From contig NC_087245.1 of assembly GCF_037042905.1 (NCBI RefSeq), positions 36,210,001 through 36,274,000 on the forward strand: a stretch of DNA of 64,000 nucleotides. Direction: 5' to 3'. The notes beneath the pieces are model-generated. The model had not been told where the DNA came from, did no database searches, and saw only the letters and a list, made by a program, of their open reading frames with translations. Positions 52,301-64,000 of the stretch are shown here, one piece after another (position 1 is the stretch's first letter; each line of letters starts with the position of its first letter). The stretch comes from Lytechinus pictus (lineage: Eukaryota). The translations under genes were made by a program, and so were the position numbers.

Positions 52301-53768
52301 GTAGGCAGATCCAGGGTATTATGAGGAGGCAAAAAGAATATTGGTTCTTTTTGTTTTGAACATTGTTTGACAAGCAAAAAAAAAATCTTGAAAGAAGGGC
52401 AAATTTCAACTTCAATTCCAATGAGTAGGCAGTACAAGGGGGGGGGTGGGGGAACTGTTCCAGAGACACAATCTGCATAAAACGTTAGGCCTGAAAGAGG
52501 GGGGCACATGTGCAAAAGCGCCTGGATGATAGTGATGAAAAAAATAATGAAGTTATGATGATGTCAAGTAAATTTTCAACAACCACCCCCCAAAAAAAAA
52601 AATAATAATATTGATAATAATATTAATATCAATAATCATAATAACAATATAATGCTCATATCACATAATGTTCTATGTCTCCATGCATCTTGGGACAACA
52701 TGTTGCTTCAAGAAATGCAACAAGGTAATAAAATTGATTTCTGTGCTCCTGTAAATAGAGTAAACAAAAACATAAATCATCAAAGTGACTCTGGATTTTC
52801 ACAGCCCATTAATGATGAAAACAAATATTGAATTCAGCTAACATTATTCACATGTTGAAAGGCTTGATTTAGAAGTATTTTCCCCAGGTTGTCACGAAGA
52901 CCCTTTGAAATTTATTCTTCTAACACCACGAGAAAACAAAAATTATAACAGCATTCAGTGCAGACATTTCTGCATTTCTCAAGTCCACTCTATGAATAAG
53001 AAAACACAGGATTTAACATGTTCTAAGCAGTAATGATGATTTCATAATTACTGCTTAAAACAGGATATTATAAAGGTCATTTGTATTTATAAATGACCTT
53101 CATAATAATAATATCCTGTGTTAATTTTTTTTCAGCATTGTAACTACATCTCAGGCATTGCAATTTGATACAACCTTTGCCGCAAACATCGCTACCATCA
53201 TGTAAGTGTGCGATTACACTGTTCTCTCACCAATCGATACCAAATCTTCAACTCTGCTGCACGTATACATGTAAATGAACCTATTACACCTTGAGTATCA
53301 TAAACTACTGCAATACATGTCATCAGGCCTATTCATTCACAATGAATAAAGAAGAGATGTCATAACAACATATGCTTACTCATTATAAGGTTATATGTGG
53401 AGGAGAATAGAAGATGTCAATTCCAGATGTCAACGACAAAAGCCGACAGATCAGGTATCAAAGGTGTCACTGTGTAATACACATCTGATTACAAGGAGAA
53501 ATATGAATATCGGCTGGTGAAGATGGAGAATGGGCTGACAAAACTGCTGATGGAGTAAGATGTGGATGTATCACGCCCGATGGGGCGCATGTAATGGGAG
53601 ATGGGTTATTGCTTATTCGCTGGAGGGGAACGTGTTCGTGCCTGGATGATCCGCTCAGTCGTGTCTACAACAGGCAGCCTTACAATGAATGAATCTTTCC
53701 ATCTCCATTTCACATAAAAATCCAATCACAAACATGCAAAAGGAAAATAAAATACAATTGAGTTTTAA

Positions 53769-54366
53769 AGGGATGCTCTGGGCTGAGAATATTTATAGCT
53801 AAAAATATAGAATAAAATTCACTGAGCAAAATACTGAAAATTTCATCAAAATTGGATAACAAATTACAAAGTTATTGCAGTTTAAAGCTTAGCAATATTT
53901 TGTGAAAACAGTTATATGCACGTCGTCATGAATATTCATTAGGTGGGCTGATGATGTCACATCCCCACTTCCCTTTTTCTTATGTTAATACATGAAATCA
54001 TAAATGTTTCATTTTTTTTCATACATGTGTACATGATGTGTCTCCATTATGATGAAATAATTTGCAGCAATAAATATCCAATGCACATAATCAGTTGTAA
54101 ATCCAATTGTTTTAGTTCTTGGTAGACAAATTTTGAATAAACATCATATAATGAAATACAAAAGAACAAGTGGGCATATAATATCATCAGCCCACCTAAT
54201 GAATATTCATGAAGACATGCCTAGAACCGTTTCACCGGGATAATGCAAATCTTTAAAATTCAATAACATTGTTATTTGTTACCCAATTTTGATCAAATTT
54301 TCAGCATTTTGCTCTGTGAATATTACTCTATTTATAATATAAATATGTTCAGCCTGGAACATTCCT
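53769..54366. mobile_element. Kolobok-like MITE family B
   Basis: TTAA|AGGGATGCTC...GAACATTCCT|TTAA. Confidence 0.85.
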
Positions 54367-55604
54367 TTAATGATGTACACACAAACCTGTAGAACTTTGT
54401 GAGTACATTCAAATGATATAAGCCAGTGTCGCCCTTCCACTTCCACTCCCTCCCCCCCCCCCCTAGGCCCATACTGAACTGTGTGTGTGGTCTCTAATTG
54501 ACTGTATGTTATACCGTATACAGTCTTAAAATATATACATTTTCAGATATCTACTAATATTACAGAGAATAAATAATTGACCAATAATTCTATTTGTATA
54601 GAGAAATTAAAATGTTTTGAGAGGAAAAGTAATTGTTTTGCTACTTGGTAACATAATAATTGCGGAATAAAATGTATTGAGTAGTTAATTAGCTTGTTAT
54701 CATTCAAGTGGGTCTATATTACTAGACTACACTGGCATTACGGGTCAGGAAACTGGCCAGGTATGAGTCGTTGAGGACTCGAGATGGCGTTATTGGTTCA
54801 TATCTGCTTTAAATCTGGCACATACAAACTAGAGTGTACATGTACGTGTACACTCTAATTTTATGTACATGTAAGTCAAATGATTTTATCTTTTTTATTT
54901 TGACATTGGACTAAAAAACACAGTTATCTATTAATTTTTGAAAGAACATATTATGATTGCAAGTTGTAAATGTAAATTTCAGTTGATTTACGTCTGACCT
55001 CTCAAATTTTGATAATTCTCCCCAAACTTTGGATCACTATTCCAGTTTATTTCTAGTTTTAGGGCATACTACATCATTGTCCCACTCCTGTATACAATGA
55101 GGATGATATTAAGAAAAAGAGAGTAATTTGGAGGGTGTATTTCATCATTTTAATCTACAGAAGTTTTATTTAGATTTTTGGTCAGGATACAGATCAAAAT
55201 AACTAAGAATCTGACGGTGAAGACAAAAATCAAAAGATAAGAGATGTAGCTCAATCAAAGCTGGGCATTACACTTAAGATATTTTGACTAAATTTGTAAT
55301 ATGTGGGGTTTTTTTAAATATAAAAGCATTACTGAGAGAGTGCTAAATACCTGTACTGTACCTTGATATGTAAATAGTCATTTTTCACAAAGAATTTATA
55401 TACATTATAAGAAAATGTCAAAGGTCCCACTACACATCTGTACGAGTTGAATGTGAGACCATATTCCAACAGTTTTCTTTCAACCTTTACCAAAGCTTCA
55501 GACAGGCTTTTAAGTCAATATCAATGACAAAAACTGACTTATTCTGCAATGGGATTCATGCCCTCCCACTTTGATTAATAGAATCTGATGATGATATCCA
55601 TTTT

Positions 55605-56210
55605 AGGGGAATCCAACCCAACAGTTGTTCAGAGGAAAAAGAAAAATCAGACAAGGAGATCGTTGATAGTTTGGACAATAGCGGATATACTAAAGAAAGT
55701 TATGAATTTTTTTAAAGTTGTAAAAATTTGAAATCACTCTAGTCTTCCTAGGATGAAGGTTTCAAATTGGCCGCATTGGTAATTTGATAGTGATGTAAGG
55801 CAAGGACTATACTCTTCCATTTACTCCGATATGTGTAAAGTGGCCAGAACTGAAAATGGCCAAAATGGGAATTTATTTTTTTTCTTCAAAAGTTTGACTT
55901 CAATTCAAATTCAATTTTTCCTTCATGAGGACATATATATGATACTTTAGGAATAGGAAATCACAAATCCTTGATAATGATTGCATATTTTCTCCAGGAA
56001 AGTTGTCCTTAAAACAGTTCTCATATCAATTTGATATACCCAATTGCCAATTTCAAATTTACATAGTCTTAGGGATCTCAATTGTAAAACAGCCACAACT
56101 TTCTTTATATTGGTTGTTTGATTTCTTTCAAATTTGCATCATTCTATTTCACTTATTTTCCTCCTCTCTCACTCTCACACAAACTTTTATGATCAAGGTT
56201 CGATTCCCCT
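55605..56210. mobile_element. Kolobok-like MITE family D
   Basis: AGGGGAATC...GATTCCCCT|TTAA; colinear with 13344-13900. Confidence 0.75.
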
Positions 56211-56898
56211 TTAATACTGACCAATGATGAAATTGAAGAATTGTATGGCACTTGCCAAATCAGAGATAACACAAGGTAACAAAGTATATATTCCAAATGA
56301 CCAGAAATATGCCAAACTGAACCTGATAGAAAATGAGTTAAATTATTCAATACTTAGCAAAATAACTAAGGCCTTTTTCAATTAGCCAGACCTTTTTTGT
56401 AAAGCCGAGTTTTAGAATAGATAGAAAAATTGAGAAAATATGCTTATTATAACATTTTAAACAATTTCAATACTAGAATATTTGTTTGTCAGCTCTTTGT
56501 TAAAATGTTTATATTTCATTCCAATTTATATGAAACACCAATGCAACCTGAATCCCCTTTGAATTATTGTCTTGGGGAAGAAAAAGAAAAAAATGACTGA
56601 AAATTTAGACTGCCAAACTTTCTTTCTTCGTTTCAGATGTTTAAAATATCAAGGGGGCGTTAATCCGAAGAGATATTCCTTCAAGTGTAGCCTCAGAATA
56701 GTCGGCCTGTATTCATCCACATGAACAAACATTGATTACAGTGTAGTATTTTGCATTGAACGTCTCAGATTTTTTTTCTCCAAAACATGCATTTCCTTCT
56801 TAACATTCTTGTTTTATCTATTTGTTTGTATCATGTTTCTGGAATCTATCCTGTTACATTTACTTTAAGATATTTTTACTGACCCGAATGGTCATTAA

Positions 56899-57483
56899 AG
56901 GAGAATGAAACCTTTGGAACAAGATAGCTTGTGTGAAAACAGAAAAATCAAAGAAACAGATCAACGAAAGTTTGAGAAAAATCAGACAAATAATGAGAAA
57001 GTTATGAGCATTTGCATATTGCGATCACTAATGCTATGGAGATCCCCCTATTGGCAATGCGATAAAGATGTGTGATGTCACTTGTGAACAACTCTCCCCA
57101 TTACTTTAGTACATATTTCAGTTAAAATGCCTCTTTTATCACATCTATCAGTAGATCATGTGTTCTTTCTATAGGAGGACGTGTAATACAGATTGTCAAA
57201 GAATACATCATGGATAAAGAGTTTGTATCACTGTAAGAAAAAGCAAAAAGAGACATTTTGGGGGTATTTTATAGTCTATCAAAGGGAAAGTTGTTCACAT
57301 GTGACATCACACATCCTTGTCACATTGCCAATGGGAGGATCTCCATAGTATTAATGATTGCAATATTCAAATGCTCATAACTTTCTCATTATTTGTCCAA
57401 TTTTTCTCAAACTTTCTTTGTTCTTATTCTTTTATTTTTCTGTTTCGACATAAGCCTACTTGTTCCAAAGGTTTCATTCCCCT
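56899..57483. mobile_element. Kolobok-like MITE family C, intact
   Basis: TTAA|AGGAGAATGAAACCTTTGGAACAAG...CTTGTTCCAAAGGTTTCATTCCCCT|TTAA. Confidence 0.85.
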
Positions 57484-58941
57484 TTAAATTGTCAACAAAT
57501 CAATTCCATGAACATAAAGAGTTGCATACAATGTAATTACAACATACATGTAGTAACACCAATAGCATCGATAATAATCCATTAACATCAACAAAAAGGC
57601 ATACACAGAAATTGTAGAGCGGTAATAATAGTCTTGTAGTACATTCCTATTCAAAACTTAGATTATATTTATAAACAAGATGTAGCATACTAAATGAGAA
57701 GGATTTAGGAAAACATAAGCTTACTACATGTACATGTAAATGATCAACAATCTCTCAAAATTTAGCAATTTTTTATCAAATTTATCAGTTTTAAATATCC
57801 TGTTTAATACATTGTGTTCATATGTACTGTATGTTACTGGAATCTTTTCAATACATTTACATGAAAACCTTGATTGGGATTTGCTGCTGAACCCTGTTAC
57901 CAAAGTAACCTCGTAATAATAATAATAATAATACACGAGACTAAAGCACACTTTCCATCTTGATGAGATGCTCAAGGCAGACCAGAACAACAAAAACATG
58001 TAGTTGTTTCATATTAAGAAACAGGCCCCTCAAAATACTAGGTACTTTCTGATATGCTTTTCAGACTACAAGAAATTTCCTTAACCCCCCCCCCCCCGAA
58101 AAAAAAGGTGGGGCTGGAGGGGGGGGGGGTTATTAGCCCTACCAATTACCAGAGAAGCTTAACCCAATTTGGTTTCAGGCTTCATTTTACCAAAGTGGGC
58201 GGGCATGGTATAGTACAGTACTGTACTATCTTTAACAGCCGGCTTTATTGCGGTGCTAGCTGGGAAACTGCAGCAGTGCTAAAAGCTGTACAAGTCTGAA
58301 ATTAAACCGGGCTAAGGGAACTTGGGGCTAAGCAGCAGCCAATCACGGAAGTCAAAATTTTACGTTAATCTCACCCTGTGTGGCAAAATAATCAATTTGT
58401 GTAATAGTCTGGGGTTAAGGCGTTAATAACTCTGGCTTAAGAAAATAGTGTGGGGTTAAGAAAGACAATCCTGAAAAAAAAAGATAGTATGGTGTAGGAT
58501 ATGGGGTTAAAATACTGTTATCTAAAAAGCATACTGTGATTGAGTGGATACAAGAGAAGCTTTTATACCAGACCAGAAAATAACTGGTATTTTTAGAGGT
58601 ATGGCAGGTGTGAATATAGCTTATTTGATGGACCGGTATCTACAGTGTATCAGAATATTTGTTCTTCTAGTTCTGGATTGATTAAGCTCTGAAAGAATGT
58701 GAAAATTTGTACGAAGTAAAACAAGATTAAACAAATTTACGCAAATGCCAAACCCTTCTCAACCAACTCTCCTAGTTCAGATGATATACAAACATGATTA
58801 GGTATCTAGATCACAAATACTGTACAAGATACTCTGATACATCAGAGACCTACTAGCTAGTTGGTCCATGGATAAATGTACCGAACATGCTATGTATTCC
58901 TACAGGTCTGCAATGCCAAATAGGCCTATATTCTGATCAAC

Positions 58942-59207
58942 GGGTCGTGTGGTCCAGTGGTTAGAGCATTGGACTCATAATCGCAAGGTTGTGAGTTCGA
59001 ATCCCAACTCTGTCATTGTCTCCACTTTGATAAAAAGGCCCAAGAGTGATATCTGTCGTCTATTACGTCAGCCACTATGACTGATTAACCTAGACGTAAA
59101 ATGTTTCCAAGGTAATTGGTTATATACCAGCTTGGCGTTTACCAGCAAAAAATGCTGTCCTGCCGAGTTCCTACGGGAGTTACCACAAACAGAAACAGAA
59201 ACAGAAA
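58942..59207 (+). mobile_element. tRNA-derived SINE with (CAGAAA)n tail
   Basis: A box TGGTCCAGTGG, CTCATAA loop, B box GAGTTCGAATCCC, unpaired acceptor stem, ~190-bp body. Confidence 0.7.
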
Positions 59208-59559
59208 CTGGCAGTATTGATCAATGTCAGCATGGATACAGTGCCGTATAAAGTGATGACTTGGATCCATTAACTTTATCCTTGTGATTTTTGTCAGCTT
59301 GCAAATACTTAGCTCTATCACTATCTGTGTTTACCAACTCATTGGGTTGAATTTCCCTTTAATAAATGATAAATATGTTCTCTACAGTTTCTATATGTAC
59401 ATGTACATACATTATTGATTTCTAGCTTGTGCTAAAAGCAGTTGATTAGCTTGGCTGACTAATTACGTGCAATTACGATTGTGCATGTGTGTGAACTAAC
59501 AAGGGCATGGAGCTTGTGGAAAATCAAACCCAACCACTGCTCAAACAACTATTTCAAAA

Positions 59560-60025
59560 GGTGGTTTCAGACCGCCTCGAAGTTCGTCAGTTCCAGGTAT
59601 TTTCTGATTGGGAAATTCACCCCGATCAGAAAATACCAGGTAATATTGGCAATGTGAAAGCAAATCACGCGTAATCTTCCCGAAAGAAAATACCCACTAA
59701 ATAGTAGGTACTTGTCAAAATTACGAGAACTTTCGCGGGGATTTTTCCAAGGTCGCAGGTATTTTGGCAATGTGAAAGCAATTTACGGGAACTTTTAGCC
59801 TAGCGTGTAGTTGGGCGCGGGCGCCTTGGGTGGCTGTGATTTTGAATCTCGCGCCTTGCTTGCTTATCAGACCATAATGCGCATGCTCTTAACTTCAGGA
59901 ACTTATGCCGTAGGGTATGTTTCGGGGCGGTGTGAATGCAGGAATAATTAATGGGTATTTTTTAGCCTAAAAAAGTTCTCGTAATTTAACGGGGATTCTC
60001 ATGATTGAGGCAGTTTGAAATCACC
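59560..60025. mobile_element. MITE with GGTGGTTTCA..TGAAATCACC termini
   Basis: GGTGGTTTCAGACCGCCTC / GAGGCAGTTTGAAATCACC TIRs. Confidence 0.65.
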
Positions 60026-60841
60026 TAAAGATATCCCATTACAGGATGTACAACTTCAAGATTGTTATTTGATTAGATTGCTAATATGACTATTGAAATA
60101 TCTAAAAATCAATTATACAAACAATATCACCTGAAATCAAAGTACAAGTGTAAAAGTGCATTAATGTTGTATGGATGAATGAATAAAGAGATAAAAAAAA
60201 CTAAAAAATGATGAATAAATACAGGGTACATGTACATGTAAGTAAATTTTTTTTATTCTGATGAAATAGTCAGAGAGCTGTTTGCAAAGTTATTAACTAA
60301 TAAGGATTTATTTCTCATTTTCTGAATTACATTCATCTTCACAAAGTATGATGTTACATGAACATGTAGACTGCCTGTTACAAGTACAAAATGAAAATTA
60401 TGCAAGTGATTAAAACATCCATTATCTCAATCTAGCAAAAAATACATGACGCAAGTATTGCTGTTTCCATGGGGTTAAATTAGAAATAATTGCCAAAGAA
60501 CATTTTCCAAAACTATGTTCACCAAAATGAAAATGATATAAAGCCAAAAGAATAATTACTGAACAATTACGATTCCAAACATAATAGATGTTATAAACGT
60601 ACAGTATATAAAGCCTCCTGATATGTGTTATGCGGGAATTACACCAATCTCCTTAATTTCCCATTAAAACAGTCCATCCACATACAAGACAAAGACACCA
60701 AAGAAACATCAAACTTCATCTGCAAAGCTACACAGCAAAGATTGCGTTTGCAATATGAGCTTATAAATGCAGGTAAACCTTTATGATTCCCAGAATTTTA
60801 TATACTTGTATAAAAGCTTTTTTATTCAATTTTTATTCAAT

Positions 60842-61144
60842 GTGGAGCGTTGTGGCCCAGTGGATTAGTCTCCGGACTTTGAAACAGAGGGTTGTGGGTT
60901 CAAATCCCAGCCATGGCGTAATTTCCTTCAGCAAGAAATTTATTCAAATTGTGCTGCACTCAACCCAGGTGAGGTGAATGGGTGAATGGGTACCTGGTAG
61001 GAATTTATTCCTTGAAATGCACTGAGAGCTGGAAGACTGCTTGAGCTACAGCCGGGGTAATAATATCCAAGTCCTTTGGAAGCGCATGGAGACGTTATTC
61101 ATGATGTGATATGCGCTAAAGGCTACAAGAACTGTCTATTATTA
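60842..61144 (+). mobile_element. Full-length tRNA-derived SINE
   Basis: A box TGGCCCAGTGG, B box GGTTCAAATCCC, ACCCAGGTGAGGTGAATGGG core, ATT tail. Confidence 0.8.
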
Positions 61145-62705
61145 ATTTTCAATTGGTATAATTAAACATCATAGTGTCATTAGCAAACAGAATAATTGTT
61201 ATCATAGCATAATTAGCAAACAGATTTCTCATGCCTTTGACATCCCAATGACAAATAATATATGGAATCGAGTACTGTAGATGCTACTTTGTTTTAATTG
61301 GCAGGAAACTAGGGCCCCTGTACTGAACTTCCTCCTCGAAAGAGACTTCAGTATACATACAATACATACCAGAATAGTGAGCGCATGTATGATACCAACT
61401 ACAATTAGTATTTTTTCAATTTACGGATATTCAATGTAAAAGTAGGCAAGTTGAGGAAAACAAATAACAATTATCAATTTCATTGTGTGTTTACTTTTGT
61501 ATTACATCTAAAGGGGCTATCTCCAGAATGGCAAATGGTTGGGAACATACATGAAGCAAATTCGAGATTTTGCCAAAGTTCAGGCTCCTGTAAAAAACAG
61601 TTTCACCAATTGAAAATGTGCATCGAACGTTTTCTAATATAAAATTGATATCGCAAACGCAAACTAACATTCGTAAGAGTTTGCACAACTCGTCAGAAAT
61701 TTGGCAGATCCAAAATTTGTAATGTTTGTATAAAGCATTCACTGCTCAGTGAGAAACCCTGTTTAGGTGATCTACATGTATGTGGTCACATGGGCATTTG
61801 AGTTGAAACTCTTGAACAATATACATGTAGATGTTTGTATGTACCTTTTTTGAGGACCTTTTTCCTCTCCCTCTTCATCTTATACCCCATTCATACTGCG
61901 CTTTTCTCCGGTGAACTTCGCCAGCGAAGGGGGAAATGTCCAGGATGAAAGGTACACAGAAAAACTTCCCCGGCGAACTTCTCCACCTCGAGAGATGGAG
62001 AGCTTCCCCAGCAAAACGGTTTCCCCTGAGAAATTTGCCGGTGAAATGGCCAGTATGAAAGATGACCTGAGAACTTCTCCTCTTTAATGACGTCAGAGGT
62101 CAATTCTTTTTCTCCCCAAAATTACCTGAACCAAGATTCCACGCGCTAGCTAGCTGTTACTTCCATGGCTTAATGTGGATGGCCACGCTATATAAAAAAT
62201 ATCGAAATACTTTTTTTTAAATACTTTTTTAGAATAAAATCAAATATAACATAATTTGATTTTTTAACACATTATCAGTAAGAAATAAACAACTTTCTTT
62301 TCGTTTGTTCTGCACATGCCGATACCAGCCATAATCTCCATAACTTCACTGATATAGTTAATCAGGTATCTGCAATTTGTTAAAAGGAAAGAGTACGATT
62401 GTGCGCAGTATTAGAAAATTAAAAAGCGTGTGCCTTCATTGACACCGGGTCTGCACTTTACTTTCGCCCAAGCAAATTGCTCGTTGACTTTCCCCGGGGA
62501 AGAGATGTCAGTGCGAAAGGGTACATTTTTTTCTTTGCCAGGGAAGTGAGGATTGCGTGCCAGAGAAGTTCGCCAGGGAAAAATGAAGAGGTCACTTTGA
62601 GAGGGGTACAGTATTATTTTCTTTTCTTTTTTGTCATTTGATAAATACATGTAGATGTTGAGGGAGGGGGGGAGACAGGGATTAATGACTTAGGATCTAC
62701 TTTGA

Positions 62706-63275
62706 AGGTCAAGTTCACCCCAGAAAAATGATGATTTGAATAAAGAAAAAATCAAATTAGCAAACGCTAAAACTTTCATCAAAATCGGATGTAAAATAAG
62801 AATATTATGGAATTTTAAAGTTTTGTTTATTTTTCACAAAACAGTTATATGCACATCTCAGTGACATGCAAATGAGACAGTCCATTATGTCCATCACTCA
62901 CTACTAGTATTTCTTTTGTTTTTTATTGTTTGAATTATGCAATATTTCATTTTTTACAGATTTGCCAATCAGGACCAACTTGACTGAAACATATAGTATT
63001 AAAACAATGCTAATTCCACATGTTAAGGGAGGAATTAATCTTTGTTTCACTTGACAATGAGAAAAAATTAGAATATTTCAAATAATAAAATACAAAAGAA
63101 ATAGTGAGTGGATGATGTCATCAGTCTCCTCATTTGCATACCAACCAGAATGTGCATATAACTGTTTTGTGCAATTAAGCGAAACTTTAAAATGTCATAA
63201 CTTTCTTATTTTATATCCAAATTTGATGAAATTTTCAGTGTTATGCCTGTTGTATTTTTCTCTTTTTATTAAAAA
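62706..63275. mobile_element. Kolobok-like MITE family A, right end lost
   Basis: AGGTCAAGTTCACCCC start; colinear with 43741-44333. Confidence 0.8.
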
Positions 63276-63560
63276 ATAATTGATGGCTAATTCAAATTTG
63301 ACTAAATATCAAAAAAAAATTATAGGGATATAAAGTAGCAAATACTGTATTTAGAGTTGCATCAAGCACAAGAAAATTCTTTGTTCTAATCTTGTTTTGT
63401 CAAATTTCTACACAATAATTTTTAATGTTATTTTTCCAGAAGCTCTTTTAAGCCAAGGACAATTTCTATTGATAGATAAATAGGACAACAAAGAACACAA
63501 AACCTCACTACTGAATGGCAAATAAGATTAAGACAATATGAGCAGTTTTAGTGTACTTAC

Positions 63561-64000
63561 TTGTACTTGTTGAGTCAGCTCTTTCTCTGGTATCATCCTG
63601 ACTTCTTGACTCCTCCTTCTTCTTATGATGTATCATTTTATCCATCCCTTTACCAACTTTCTTCTTGGCCTTCTTCATACTCTTCCCTGCTTTTTTCATG
63701 AAGTCCTTGGCCTTAGACTGTTTCTTATCCATTGATACATCTTGAGATGATGATCCCGGGGATGGTGACTTGGGCACCAGCTGACTTTGTGATCCATCTG
63801 AAGATGGGGCTGGTGGAACACTTGACATCATCCGAAGAATCCTTGCATCCTCACTTTCTTCTTCTTCCTCCTCATCCTCGCCTATTGAGTGGCAGGTGTC
63901 CGATTCCATCGACGCATTGTCATGCACATTTGAATCACCTCCAGAAGAAATTAATGGAACATCAACTCCTTGCTCCACATATTCTTCTGCTTCTGCATGG
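63561..64000 (-). CDS. Internal exon (runs past the window end) of a gene for a protein with a C-terminal R-SNARE-like motif
   Basis: Frame is open to the window edge (HAEAEEYVEQG...) and encodes an acidic, Ser-rich, then Lys-rich stretch. Donor GTAAGT at 63560, phase 1. Confidence 0.85.

Noticed and set aside
51611..52515. Poly-Asp, poly-Met and poly-His ORFs
   Set aside because: Translations of the (GAT)n microsatellite.
58942..59015. tRNA-Met(CAT) gene
   Set aside because: The acceptor stem does not pair, and a SINE body and repeat tail follow.

Overview
AT-rich, intron-containing animal genomic DNA. The repeat repertoire suggests an echinoderm such as a sea urchin, but that is inference. 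There are no prokaryotic features. Two spliced minus-strand genes can be rebuilt by hand with canonical, phase-consistent GT-AG junctions. (1) A complete 5-exon gene (18913->11529, 755 aa) encodes a divergent DNA primase large subunit (PRIM2/p58-like) protein. It keeps all four candidate 4Fe-4S cysteines, but has a shortened N-terminus, a Cys/His-rich insert, and a ~275-aa low-complexity insertion that displaces the last conserved motif. (2) The 3' part of a large gene (>64000->37604) ends in a tomosyn/amisyn-like R-SNARE coil with no transmembrane anchor, and a 71-bp G-rich minisatellite abuts its last splice acceptor. A weaker third minus-strand spliced transcript may run 5928->44. Much of the rest is non-autonomous DNA transposons (TTAA-flanked Kolobok-like families, CTG-flanked Harbinger-like, CAC..GTG, Tc1/mariner-like, Helentron/HINE-like), tRNA-derived SINEs, LINE 3' fragments and microsatellites. 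Most short ORFs in the supplied track are spurious. Protein and repeat family calls rest on recalled motifs, not on database searches.
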